Assembly (NCBI RefSeq): GCF_006345805.1
Contig: NW_021825323.1
Location: 992,001 to 1,056,000, forward strand
Source: Octopus sinensis
Taxonomy: Eukaryota
Direction: 5' to 3'
DNA length: 64,000 bases
The notes beneath the pieces were generated by a model. That model was not told the origin of the DNA and did not search any database. It worked only from the letters and a program-made list of their open reading frames with translations. A program made the translations under genes and the position numbers. Below, in pieces: positions 13,194 to 25,169 of this stretch (positions within the stretch are counted from its first letter, which is position 1; each line of letters starts with the position of its first letter).

Positions 13194-15382
13194 CTTTTCT
13201 ACCTCTGCAAGTACGTCCCAGTGACAATTGAGTGGATTTATAACCACTTATAGCTTTTTCGACAGTTTCACCGACCATGGAGGATTTACTTTCAAGCCAC
13301 AGGGGATTGGATCTTCAACTTTTTGGTGGTAAGCAAGCTTCAAAGCGAGCCTGCGAGACTTTTCAAATTTAGTTAAGATGGTGTCCTTCTTTTTAGAGAA
13401 GTACCATCCCTCTTTTCCGTATAGTAGTCCCGGTAGGATCACCGTATTGAAAACGTAGAGGAAAGTATCAGGCTCCAAATTTAACTTCCTCAGGCAGAAC
13501 AGAGCATTAGTTGCTTTCCTTTTACTTAATTTTGCGTTTTCGAGATAGTTTCCCTTTTCATCGATGAACAAGCCAAGATATTTAATTGAGTTTTGTCGAG
13601 GTATGTTCTTGATCAGGCACGGTAAATTTATTAAATTTCTGCTTTCTGTGATTCTCAGTAATGCGGACTTCTCACGCGCAATAATGAACATATTTTCATC
13701 GCACCATTGCTCCACTGTATTCATATATGATATAATCCTTTGTTCGGATAAGGCAGGTTTCGATGAAATGTCAAGGATTACAACATCATCGGCGTATATC
13801 AAAATTTCCGTCCGTGTGTTGACAGGAGACGGCAGATTGCTCATCACAATGTTGAATAATAGAGGACTGAGGACTGATCCTTGAGGGACGCCTCTTTTAA
13901 GTTTCAGTTCATCCGAGTCATAGTTCAGAAAGCTTATCACAGAGCGCCTGTCGCGGAGGAAGTCTTTTAGCCATAGGAATAGTCCTTTGTCTATGTGACA
14001 CTTCGCCAGATGTCTAAGGAGACCGAGGTGCCAAACCATATCAAAGGCTTTTGAGATGTCTAGAGACACAATTGTCAGACACTCTTTGAAATCCAGAGCC
14101 TTTACAATCGACGAATTGAGTGTATAAAGACAGTCAGCACAGGAACGACCCTCCGAAAGCCCCACTGCACGTCTTTGAGATAACCATTTCTCTCGACGTG
14201 TTCAGAGAGTCGTTCAAACATTACCCTTTCCATTATTCGACTGATGGTAGGAATTAGGCTTATAGGCCTATAACTTGTCGCCAAGTAACCAGGTTTTCCA
14301 GGCTTCCGTATCATCCTTACCTCCGTCAGTTTCCATGAAGAAGGGACGTATCCCAAGCTCACACTGCGGGAGAAGAGACATCCCAAATATTCGTAAAGTT
14401 GCTTGGGAGCTTCTTTGAACATGCGCATGGTTATCTTGTCCTTTCCCGGAGCGTTATTTTTGGAGTATCTAACTGCATTTTCCACGTCTTTGCACGTTAT
14501 AGATTCCGAGCACATTGGTAATGAGCTAAGATTGTCTTCCAACTCTTTTTCCATATCAAACAAAGCTGAATCAGATAGATTTGTATCCGGATTGACTTCT
14601 TGTATTCTTTTGAGACTATCAGCAAATATGTTCGGGATTTCTTCATGAGATGCAGGGGATCCATCTTGTTTTAGCAGTTAGGTATAGTTCTCAGACGTCG
14701 AGGTTAATTTCGAGTAGACCTTCCAAAAATTTGTACTTCCTTTATGTAGCTTTTTGCACTCAGTATTCCATTTTTTATTCTTCGCCACCTTCGCCGATTT
14801 TCTTATTTCTTCCGTAATGGTGAAGATTTCACTTTCCAAAACGGACCGGTCACGAAAATCTGACAAATACCTGGTATTTGGGTTTAAATATATTCGATAA
14901 CAAAATTTAAAATCGATGCCAAAGCAGAATGAGCTTTAAAAACCGATTTCATAAATAAAAATAATATTTTAAAATTTATAATGGATATTTTAGAATAATG
15001 AGAAAAAATCTAAATGCTTCATAATTTATTAAAATGTCAAAACAAGAATCTTCTGAAGGAGCAAGCCTGTCTGCACAGTTCATTTTTGATTAGAAGACCT
15101 AATTTAGAGATTAAAACGAAAAAATAGCAATGAGATCTGTTAAATTATTACCCCCTCACAACCTAAACCAAATTAGCGTTCAGTATTCATTGATTTTACT
15201 TTTTCTATTAAGGTCTACTTATAAATTATTTTATGGGATTCAATGGAAAACTTAAGTTATTTCAATTTTAATTTTAAATCATGTTAAAATTTTAAATAAT
15301 TTAATAAATATATTTGTTGATGACAGGCTTGTTAGCTGTCAAAGTCGCGTCTAGCGCTCGGTCGCGCGCTGCGCTCGCGACA
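12945..15382. mobile_element. non-autonomous TIR element (about 600 bp net) with TGT...ACA ends and a 5-bp TSD
   Basis: Left end TGTCGCGAGCGCAGCGAGCGACCGAGCGC; the reverse complement of the right end is TGTCGCGAGCGCAGCGCGCGACCGAGCGC. TATTA lies at 12940-12944 and 15383-15387. Confidence 0.9.
13036..14860 (-). mobile_element. 5'-truncated LINE (I/Jockey-type RT), frameshifted, 11-bp TSD
   Basis: RT motifs YRPISLI, QWGFR, DISKAFD, GVPQGSVLSPLLF and YADD. The 3' end has AATAAA followed by (TTCCTA) repeats. TGACAAATACC at 13025-13035 and 14861-14871. Confidence 0.92.
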
Positions 15383-15860
15383 TATTAAGTTTCGTTCCTG
15401 TCCAGAAAAATTTGTCTGGCTTGTTTTTTTAATTCTGAACAGAAGAGAATGAGTCTTAAGGCTCCTTGACTTGTTTATTCCATAGATTTTACATAGATGA
15501 AAACACCTGACGACCTCATTGTGGCTCCGTAAGTTATGATTGTTTATCATTCTTCCGCACCTTGCTCCTAGATTGTTCACCGTCTTTTACCCGTATTGCA
15601 ATAGTGGGACGGTCGGCTCTCATAGACACAAATAAATTTCGTTCCTGCATTAAATATAGTATTGTTTTGCTAAGGAGTTGTTTTCATACTCTAACCACCA
15701 TGAGGACTCGATGTGTCTACTTTAGGTTCACTCAGGCATTTAAATAGTACAGAATGGGTTGAAGAAAAAAATTGAATATAAATTATATTTTTATCTGAAA
15801 AAATAATTTCATAATAAAAAACACAGCATTGTGTGATTATTGGTTTAGTTAGTTAATTAT

Positions 15861-16660
15861 TGTGACCGGTTGAATACGAGCCCAGGTTGAATACGAGCCG
15901 TTAAACGAGCCGTCAAAGTGGCGTTATACGAGCCGTTAAATGGCGTGAATGCCGTTAAATCATATTAGGGTTAGGGTCAGGGTCAGGGTTAGGGTCAGGG
16001 TCAGGGTTAGGGTCAGGGTCAGGGTTAGGGTCAGGGTCAGGGTTAGGGTCAGGGTTAGGGTCAGGGTTAGGGTCAGGGTTAGGGTTAGGGTCAGGGTTAG
16101 GGTTAGGGTCAGGGTTAGGGTCAGGGTTAGGGTCAGGGTTAGGGTCAGGGTTAGGGTCAGGGTTACGGTTAGGGTTAGGGTCAGGGTTAGCGTCAGGGTT
16201 AGCGTCAGGGTTAGCGTCAGGGTTAGCGTCAGGGTTAGCGTCAGGGTCAGCGTCAGGGTCAGCGTCAGGGTTAGCGTCAGGGATTAGGGTTAGGGTCTGT
16301 TTTCTTTAGTGTCTTTTTTATGATGAATATGTTTATAAATAACGTTGAAATCATTTATAGTTAGAGTTAAAGTTAAGATTAGAGTTAAAGTTGTTACAAA
16401 CTTGTAATTTGCTAATGTTGCAATTTATAATATCAAAAATAAAAATAATTCACATTATAATTTGCTAATGTTGTAAATAATTTTACTATTTTAAAGCAAA
16501 CATGGTTCAAATATAAAACATCATTTTTTCAAAAATTTAAAGTTCAATCATTAGTTCGGAACGTTTGCATTTATTGTAATTGGCCTTTTGAATCGGTATA
16601 TTAATTATCGATCTTTTTAACGGCTCGTATTCAACCGTATCTCATTATGAACCGGTCACA
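15861..16660. mobile_element. 800-bp non-autonomous TIR element containing a telomere-type array
   Basis: TIR TGTGACCGGTT / AACCGGTCACA, subterminal inverted GGTTGAATACGAGCCGTTAAA, and TSD ATTAT at 15856-15860 and 16661-16665. Confidence 0.9.
15965..16295 (+). repeat. interstitial telomere-type array (TTAGGG with TCAGGG, TTAGCG and TTACGG variants)
   Basis: About 55 in-register hexamers in one orientation. The distal part becomes a TTAGCG-TCAGGG 12-mer. Confidence 0.97.
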
Positions 16661-17101
16661 ATTATTACTATTAAGAAAATTTGTTCAATCAAATACAAAA
16701 ACATTTTTAATGTCAATGATTATAAAAGGCCGATATGATTCCTATGCATTGTTTTAAACACATGCTGAGTTGATTTTTGAAGCGAATATGAGACACCATT
16801 ATAAGATTTTATTTGAATCGTTAGAAAGACTATGTTTCTAGTTTATTTTGAAATAACTTAAAAGAATTACTCGCTTATTTTTTGGACGATTCCTTTTGTT
16901 CATTATGAGCTAAATAGCGTCATTTTAATTAAAAGACGATATCTTCCAGAATATGTTGTATCAGTGTAGTCTCAATTCTTAGGTTACGTGAAAAATGACA
17001 GTGAATACCAAAATCTGTTCAATGTTCTCCAAAAACCCGTATAAACTACATCTAAATCCGAAAAATACAGACTTATAAAAAAGTGAATCAATTTATGATA
17101 A

Positions 17102-17669
17102 TTTTTTTTTTATATACGTAATTTTTTTTTGTAACATACAAGACCAAATAAAGTTTTAATTAATTAGTATGACCCGAGGATAGCGTGTGAATTTCCGCGG
17201 ACAATTGCACACGAAATCCTCTGGAAGAGCCACGACGTCTCCCGCGGATCACCTGTTTTTTTGGAGATTAGACCACCCAATCTTCGAATGAACGAAAAAC
17301 TCTCTGTTCCAAAGACTCCAGAAGTCTCCACAGCGATCGGCTGGAAAAGATATCTGTCTGCCAGGAAAGAGTATTTTTTTTTCTTCAACTCTTCAGAACG
17401 TTTTGCAGCAGAGCCAGGAAAGGATGCCGAACTTCCGAATGAAGAAGGTCCAAACGTGTCAGGGCAGGTAAAATCCCAAACAAGTGATTTCCCTCTCGTG
17501 TACGGGTAGATGGTTACGCCGTCTGGGCGTTTGCCATCCCCTCTATCGAGACCAGCTGGTTCGAGTTGAGAGTGGAATCCGGCAGCGTCCATGGCCCTTT
17601 TAATGATGTCATTGGCGGCGGAATGTCGGGGAAAACGAACGGCACTACGAGTGCAAGAAAGTGGGTGCC
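17102..17669 (-). mobile_element. 3' fragment of a CRE-like non-LTR retrotransposon (REL endonuclease)
   Basis: DGKRPDG...LVWDFTCPDT...FQPIAVETSGVFG...ISCAIVRGN, followed by an A-rich 3' tail. Confidence 0.85.
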
Positions 17670-17808
17670 TAAAAAAAAAAAAAATTTATGATAATTAATG
17701 ATCGGTATTTTTAATTCCGATAATAACAAAAAACACAAATCGTTATCTGCTTGGAAAATGAAATGAGGATGGAGAGACTGGCATTCTCTATTCACCAAGA
17801 ATACCACT

Positions 17809-19675
17809 CATTATTATTATAACACATTCCGTAGGAACATAAACAAAGTTATAATCCCACACGTGTCACAAGCGAAACAATCTTCTGGACCATCCTTGTC
17901 CATGCCCCTCTGTTGCGGGCGAGATCCCGCAAAGATTCTAGGTCGTCCCAGTTTTTGAAACTTTTGCCATGAAGTTTGAGATCCCTCTCCAGAACTGCCG
18001 GAAGAGTGGATCTAGGTCTTCCACGATATTTGTCTCCATGTTCGGAGAAATAATCGTCCATTGCCCGATTGGCCGGAGCTCTGGGGTCCATTCGCAAAAT
18101 ATGGCCAAATAATTTCCACCGGCCTCCAACGATTTCTTGAGACAACGGCGTAGCATCGTAATGTTTATACAGAGATAGATTGTTAATTTTTGATGGCCAG
18201 TGTATTCCGTGTAAGAGACGTAGTTGTTTACGGTGGAAAGAGTCTATAGTCTTCAGTTCAGTGTCCGAGATCCCCCATGTTGACGAGTTGTATAGTAGAA
18301 CAGGCTTTACGAATGCATTATAGAGCCTTGATCTGAGAGCCCGATTTATCGGCCAAGCTTGGAGCCATTTTTTACGTATTCTGCTCAGAGCCGCAGTAGC
18401 AAGCATCTTTCTACGAGAAATGTCTTCACTATCTCCATGTTGGGAGCCGAGTTTGTTGGCATTCCTCCATGTTTCGCCAATTCTGGTGTCCATTCGTTTT
18501 ATCTCCGTCAATTCAGTTTTGGATGTGTTAATTATCAGGAACCATTTGTTAAGCACCCGTGGGGAATTGTTTAGTAGATGAATTAGATCATCTATGTTGT
18601 CCGAGGCAAAGTCCACATCGTCGGCATATGCAATTTCGGTGATAGAATCATTATAGAAAGTTCTCAAATCTCTCAAGGCGGCTTCCAGATAGACTACAAA
18701 TAGCAGGGGGGAGAGGGAGTCTCCCTGAGGCGTGCCGACATTCGTTTTGAACTGCCTTGAGGAGACTGACCCAATACGAACAGAAAGTTCTGTCTTAGCA
18801 AGTAGTAATCGTATCATTCTCACTTCAACGATCATAATAACAAACAGGCACTGAAGAGGAAACGTGCCAGAATACAACGACTCATTAAGAAACTAAACCG
18901 TCAGCACACTCTAGACACTCTGGAAACCCTTCTAAACGAAGTCGAAGGGCTCAAGAACGGCGCACAAATGTTTCAGGCCATGCGTCTTCTCAAAAGAAGA
19001 AAACCCACCAAACTCAAAATTATCGATGGCATGGGAAAAACCATCTACAAACCTGCAGAGCAAACCGAAATAATTGCTGATCACTTCGAACGTCAATTTA
19101 ATCTGAACACTGACGATATTGACCCCTTTACATGCACATCAGCACCTCTCAATAAGCCAATCGCAGTTGAGGAAGTCATCCAAGCTGCCAAGAAGCTTAA
19201 GAATTGTCGGGCAGCTGGACCTGATAACATCAATGCAGAACTGATCAAGTATGGCCCAATACTACTCATGGAAAAACTGACGACCTCGTTCAATGAGATG
19301 TTCGCAACCAATGACCTGCTCCCACTGGGCTCAGGCACACTCATCCCGATACAAAAGGCCAACAAAACCTCCGGACCGGTGGAAAATCTCCGTCCCGTAA
19401 TACTACTGAACACTCTGAGAAAACTTTTCTCACTCATTACACTCGGTCGCATAACCCGAACTGTTAATGAATATCTCTCTCCCAGTCACAGTGGATTCAG
19501 GGCTGGAAGATCCACAGCTGATATAGTCTGGAGTCACAGATGGCGCTGCGCTGTCCAGCAAAAATTTAAAAAATCTACGGTTATCCTTGGTATCGATATG
19601 TCAAAGGCTTTTGACTGTGTCCGTCGTGACCTACTTATCGGGGTTCTGGAAAGCTTCCTAGAGGTGGATGAAGTG
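17809..19675 (-). mobile_element. RTE-clade LINE insertion with an inverted 5' segment
   Basis: Minus-strand RT C-terminal half (PQGDSLSP, YADD, RWKLFGHILRM, TAA-repeat tail) at 17809-~18826. The upstream half is plus-oriented at ~18827-19675. TSD AGAATACCACT at 17798-17808 and 19676-19686. Confidence 0.92.
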
Positions 19676-19699
19676 AGAATACCACTGAGGAATACTAAA

Positions 19700-20749
19700 A
19701 CTTTATAAGAAGTGCTGTGGATTTTATTTTAATGTGAAAAGCCCTATTATCGAAGAAATTATAAACAAAACTGCAAAATTTGTAAATTTGTTCAGCTATT
19801 GAAAGTATTTTTGAATAAATATACTTAAATATCCGATTCTGATTACATGTAACGGCAAGAAGTCCAAATAAAAGATTCCAGGCGGATCTTATTGATTTTA
19901 GAAGATGTAGAGATTTTAACGATGGATATAATTTGATATTAAAAATTATTGACATCTACAGAAAATTCATAGTCTGCAAATTCTTAAAAAATAAATCTGC
20001 TTTTGGTAAAACTTAACATTTACTTTTCGAAGTTGGAAATTAAAAAAAATTTGTCAAATTGAATATTTTACAAATCAGTTGGAATTTAAAAATCACCTGA
20101 TGGATGAACTACGTGAAAAATAAAATCACACATATTGATGGAAGACCAAAACATCCTCAGTCACAAATTTATAGATTTGAAATAAATTCGGGTGTGATTG
20201 AACGCTTTAATTAAACATTGAAACGGAGTATGTAAAAGCTGATGGATAATGAAGGAATTAAAAATTAGAAACAATTTTTAGACAAAGTTACTTATTCCTA
20301 TAATACGACATGTCACTCGGCCTTCAAAAAGTTTAGAGGTATTTTTGGAATTAAAAGTGTGATTCATGAAACACCAGGTCTTATTTATAATTTAGATGAA
20401 AATAATGAGGCTTCGTTCGTCAAAGATCAACTTGATGGTAAATTTACGATGTATTTATTTTTAGAAACGAATAATAAAATTTTTAATTTCAATCCTCCAG
20501 ACATGAATATATCTTATTTTAAAAGAATGAATAAAAAGATGGGAGTACACAGGTCAAAATATGATTTTTAAATATGGAATGAGGTATAATTGAATAATAA
20601 CAGTTTAAATTTGAATTTTAAAAGATTATGAGACCAACCAGTCATTGAAGCTACACAGATTTGAATCCCCATATAAAGGAAAGGGAAAAGTAAAAAATAC
20701 AATGTCTAATAACAGATTAATGGTTAGTTGTCTTTCCTGGGGCGCGACA
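19700..20749 (+). pseudogene. decayed integrase-type (rve/DDE) transposase, Ginger/TDD-like
   Basis: CKIC, then RFQADLIDF...DGYNLILKIIDIYRKF...LKNKSA, then GRPKHPQSQ-GVIERFN*TLKR and YSYNTTCHS. Contains stops. A possible right terminus CGCGACA ends at 20749. Confidence 0.7.
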
Positions 20750-21160
20750 TAATAAAACCACAAATATCAGATATGCAAACTATGCTCATTTATTCTGAAT
20801 ATGTAAATCATATTTTAATTTATTATTGAAAATAACTCATAATGTCAGGTCAGTATAAAAGTTTTTTTTACTTTTTATGTTAAAATTAGAAAGCAATTCA
20901 TTTTACATGTGTTTTCGTTCAAGTTTGTTATTTTTTAAAGTCTATAATTTTCTAATTTATAGAACTTTGAAAAAATAACAAACTTGTTTGAAAAATTGAC
21001 GAGCTTGGTAGATAAGCTCAATATCTTACAGATACCAAATCTTAATTCAAAATACCAAAAAAAGACTTTTTACATAATATATTTTTATATATGTTAAAAA
21101 AATAATTTAATAATAATAAATTTTCCATAGAGATTATTTCAACGCTATTTTTTAACGTGC

Positions 21161-23179
21161 ATGGTTGGTTGTGTTATTTTTAATTTATAAAACTAATAAA
21201 TATAAAACACTTATTTAAAATATAGGCTGAAGCTTCACTTTTACCACTTCAACTTTTAAAACAAGGAGCTAATGAAGAGAAAGCAGAAACAGCCCGTCTA
21301 GTATTTATAACTTTTGAAATCCCTTAGTCGACATTTATCGGAGCATTAGTAATGGGTGAACTTGTTCAGTCGACCCTCGGACCCAAAGGAATGGTTTATA
21401 TCACCATTATAGTAAAATAGGACAAAATTCTGCAATCTTCAAATATTAACGACCCAGTCCAAGTGACCAACGACGGAGCCACTATTCTCAAGTCCATTGG
21501 AGTTGACAATCCAGTTGCTAAGATTCTGATTGGTCGATCCTCATTTTTTATTTTTAAAGACGTTTCACAAAAACAAGACAGTGAAATGGGTGATGGGACA
21601 ACTTCAGTGGTATTGCTCACATCTGAACTCCTCAGAGTAAGTTCTTTCTGACATTTATTCATAAGGAAGCAGAAATATTGGTTAATAAGAAAATACACCC
21701 GCAGACCATCATTGCTGGGTGGAGGAAGGCCCTCGATGAAGCCAAACGGGTTCTAGTAGCAAGTGCTGTCGATAACAGGCTCGATTTTATATTCTAATTC
21801 GAATAGTAAAAGTCCGGAAGAATTCCACAAAGATTTGATGAATGTGGCCATGACAACTCTCAGTTCGAAAGTTGTCTCATTCCATCGACAATATTTCGCA
21901 GAGTTGGCAGTTTCTGCGATATTGAGAATAAAGGTTTTGGGTTGTTTTGTATATTTTAGGATCAAGGAAGTCTTGAGTCTATTCAGATTATTAAAAAACT
22001 TGGAGGCACTTTGAGAGATTCGTTTTTGGACGATGGTTTGGTTTTTTTCCTTAAATATGTTAGGGTTCATTTTGGATAAAAAAATTGGGATTCATCAACC
22101 CAAGAGAGTTGAGGATGCGACGATTCTTATTGCCAACACTCCTATGGACACTGACAAGATCAAAGTGTTCGGATCGAGAATCAAAGTGGATTCAATAGCC
22201 AAAATCGCTGATCTTGAATTGGCAGAAAAGCAAAAAATGAAGGAAAAAGTCGATAAAATTCTGGCACATGGATCCAAAGTTTTTATAAATCGGTATTTTT
22301 GTTATTTTTACGAATTTAGCCAACTTATATACAACTACCCCGAACAGTTGTTTGCTGATGCCGGGATGATGGCCATCGAACATGCCGATTTTGAAGGAGT
22401 TGAGAGATTGGCACTGGCAACTGGTTGATTTGTTTTTGTTTCATATTTAGGGGCCGAAATTGTCTCTACGTTTGACAACCCAGGAATGGTTAAACTTGGG
22501 AGATGCAAACTGATCGAGGAAATTATGATTGGTGAAGATAGACTTTTGAAATTCTCTGGTTATTGAATATTTATTATTTTTAGGAGTTGCGAAGGGAGAA
22601 GCCTGTTCACTGGTTATTCGAGGGGCTACACAACAAATTATTGATGAAGCAGATCGTTCCGTGCACGACGCTCTTTGTGTGTTGTACAGAACTGTGAATG
22701 ACACCAAGGTTGTTTGTGGGGGAGGTTTGTATTATTATTTGGCTATGCAGGATGTTGTGAAATTCTCATGTCTAATGCGGTCTCGGATTTGGCCAATAAA
22801 ACTTCTGGAAAGGAAGCAGTTGCGATTGAATCATTCTCTAAGGCGATCAAAATCGTAATTTTAATATTTTTTACTAAAATTAGATTCCAAGTGTGATTGC
22901 TGACAATGGTGGGTATGACAGTATGGATTTGATACACCAACTGAGAGCAGCACATCGCCAGGGACTGTCAACCTATGGACTAGGTACTTTTATTTACGTT
23001 TATTTGTAGATATGGAGAAGGGATGCATTGGAGATATGAGGGAGCTGGGAATTAGTGAGTCTTTGGCAGTCAAATTGTGTGCACTTTCTTCCGCTGTTGA
23101 GACTGCAGAGATGATTCTAAGGGTGGATCATGTTATTCATGCTGCTCCAAGAAAACGAACGAAAGATAATCGTGGATAG
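21161..23179 (+). CDS. CCT2: T-complex protein 1 subunit beta
   Basis: [45 protein letters not shown] and [16 protein letters not shown]. About 14 introns, mostly 25-29 nt (the first is 62 nt). Ends [11 protein letters not shown]. Confidence 0.97.
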
Positions 23180-25169
23180 ATCTAATCACATTACATTTCC
23201 TTTTCTGGATGTTTGATTTTGTTATTAGTTTCATTTCTATAAATTAGCTAAGATGGGATTAATATTACTTGAATGGAGGTTATGCTGCTAATAAAATCAC
23301 TTGTATATAACATTTGATATTTAATAGTGTATTTCAGATACTGTATATTTCATTTAAACAATTCACACTGTATATTTTTCTCGCAAGACATTGAAAGAAA
23401 AGACCATAGGAATCACTATTTATCGTACTTAGTTTGAGAAAAGATGAAATTTATATTTTATTAGTAAACATGTGTGATGTTACTAATTGTTGAGCCCAAT
23501 GTTATTCTTCCAAAACCTACTAGGGCATTAATAATTTAATTTCTGGACATAAGGATAATAAAATCATTTATGTCACGATACATAAATAATTTGACGAATT
23601 ACTTCCTTACATTTGAAGATGATGAATATAAATTTAGAACAAATTATTACTGTAATTGGAAACCTAATAATTTCGTTGGCAAATCCAGTGAAAAAAATTA
23701 AAAATTAATGTTATAAAATGTAATATCGAATATAATTTTTTAATTATGAAGAGACGTCTAGTCAGGAACAAGACAAAATAACTTATCATGTGGAAAGAGA
23801 AAATTGTGAAAGTTAGTTTCCCACGGTTTTGAAAAATCTTTAGGAGCAGGAAACATTGTTTTTTCTAGAATCATTCAGTCTTGGACACCTAGCTCATCAA
23901 TATTCAGAAATTAAAGAAATAATAAATACCACAAAATCGAAGTAAACTTTCATTACTCTTGGTTTTTGGTGCCACACCGGATTTTGGGGCATTTTGAAAA
24001 TTGGGCGTCTAAACCGGGATCCGGCTGTACAAACACAATTCAAAAATGAGGTAAATAGATTAACCACGGTATATTTGAGATACAAATGAGAAATAGGATA
24101 TTTTTCTTTACGACTAATACAATTTTCTAGTTCAAGAGTAATTGATGTCAAAATAATGTTCTCAAAAGCTTGAATTTTAATAAGAATGTGGTAAAAATGA
24201 GGATATTACATGTATTTCTATTTTCTCTATTTTGTATATAAAAAAAGTAATTTTTATTTATTCACTAAACATAAATAAACTGAATCGAGGTTGCAAGCAA
24301 GAATAAATACAATGTAGAAACTGATTAAAACATGTCGAATCGTTATTTCCATTATTCTGAAAAATAATGAAGAACATAAATACTAAATTCCTTAATCTGG
24401 ATGACATTTTTAGCTTGGAAATGAAACGGGAAATTAACAAGAACATACAAAACATGACCTTATTTTCTAATTCCCTTTCTTAAACCATCTCTTTCATTGT
24501 CCTAAATACATTTTTATACATATTGATATGGATTTAAAATAGACACTCCCAGGTTGATTGTTTCCTGTCCTCATCCGATTAGTACCCTGCACATATTTTG
24601 ACTTTTTTTTTGAACGGTGCATATCAAGTGTTTACAAAACTCAGACCTTACAGCTCAATGCTGAATCACATTAAAAATGTCTGGTAATCAGTTTTTGCCG
24701 TACTCTAGTATCACACCAAAAAGAAACCAGATTAAAAAATCAAATAACGTTTATGTAAAGTTCAAGTATTAAAGATGAATTAAACAAAAAAAGCTGGTGA
24801 CAATAAAAAGATACTATGTATTATTAAACAGAGTAAGTAAAATTCCAAGATTACTAAGGCAACTACAAAGTTTAACTAAAAAAATGAAAAAATTGACCCC
24901 CTGAAAATCAGTTAAGTTGATTCAAAAAAAACAAAAGTCGACCAAAATGTGGATCTAAAAAAGGGAATAATTTTTTAGAAACTTAAATTTTAAAAGAATC
25001 ATTAATATTTGACGTTTCCGTTTTAGAATTTTGATCTTTTGGTAAAATTTAATGGAGGATTGAAAACTTACGGTCTACTGGACATGTAATGGCCAAACAT
25101 TGAAGTTGTCTCATTTTTTCTAAAGGCCAAAATCACAGTTAAACATTTTCAGAATTTCACTTGAATTCA

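Larger units (their letters stand above)
12690..15760 (-). mobile_element. decayed R4-like (REL endonuclease) non-LTR retrotransposon, split by a nested insertion
   Basis: RSHNEVVRCFHLCKIYGI at about 15450-15530. After removing 12945-15382 the sequence continues into ITLI...KVEKFHKYDHL, the same motifs as the 36430-38460 copy. Confidence 0.7.

Noticed and set aside
15949-16287. 112-aa (RV)n ORF
   Set aside because: It is simply the translation of the hexamer telomere-type array, with no evidence of coding function.
15965-16295. Chromosome end or telomere-fusion scar
   Set aside because: The array is single-orientation and enclosed by TIRs with a perfect 5-bp TSD, with ordinary sequence on both sides.
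13564-19452. Antisense ORFs such as 13564-13884, 14403-14648, 17261-17509 and 19093-19452
   Set aside because: They are shadows of RT or endonuclease coding sequence on the opposite strand.
23897-24455. Possible small minus-strand gene or piggyBac relic
   Set aside because: No recognisable family and no consistent exon chain could be assembled.
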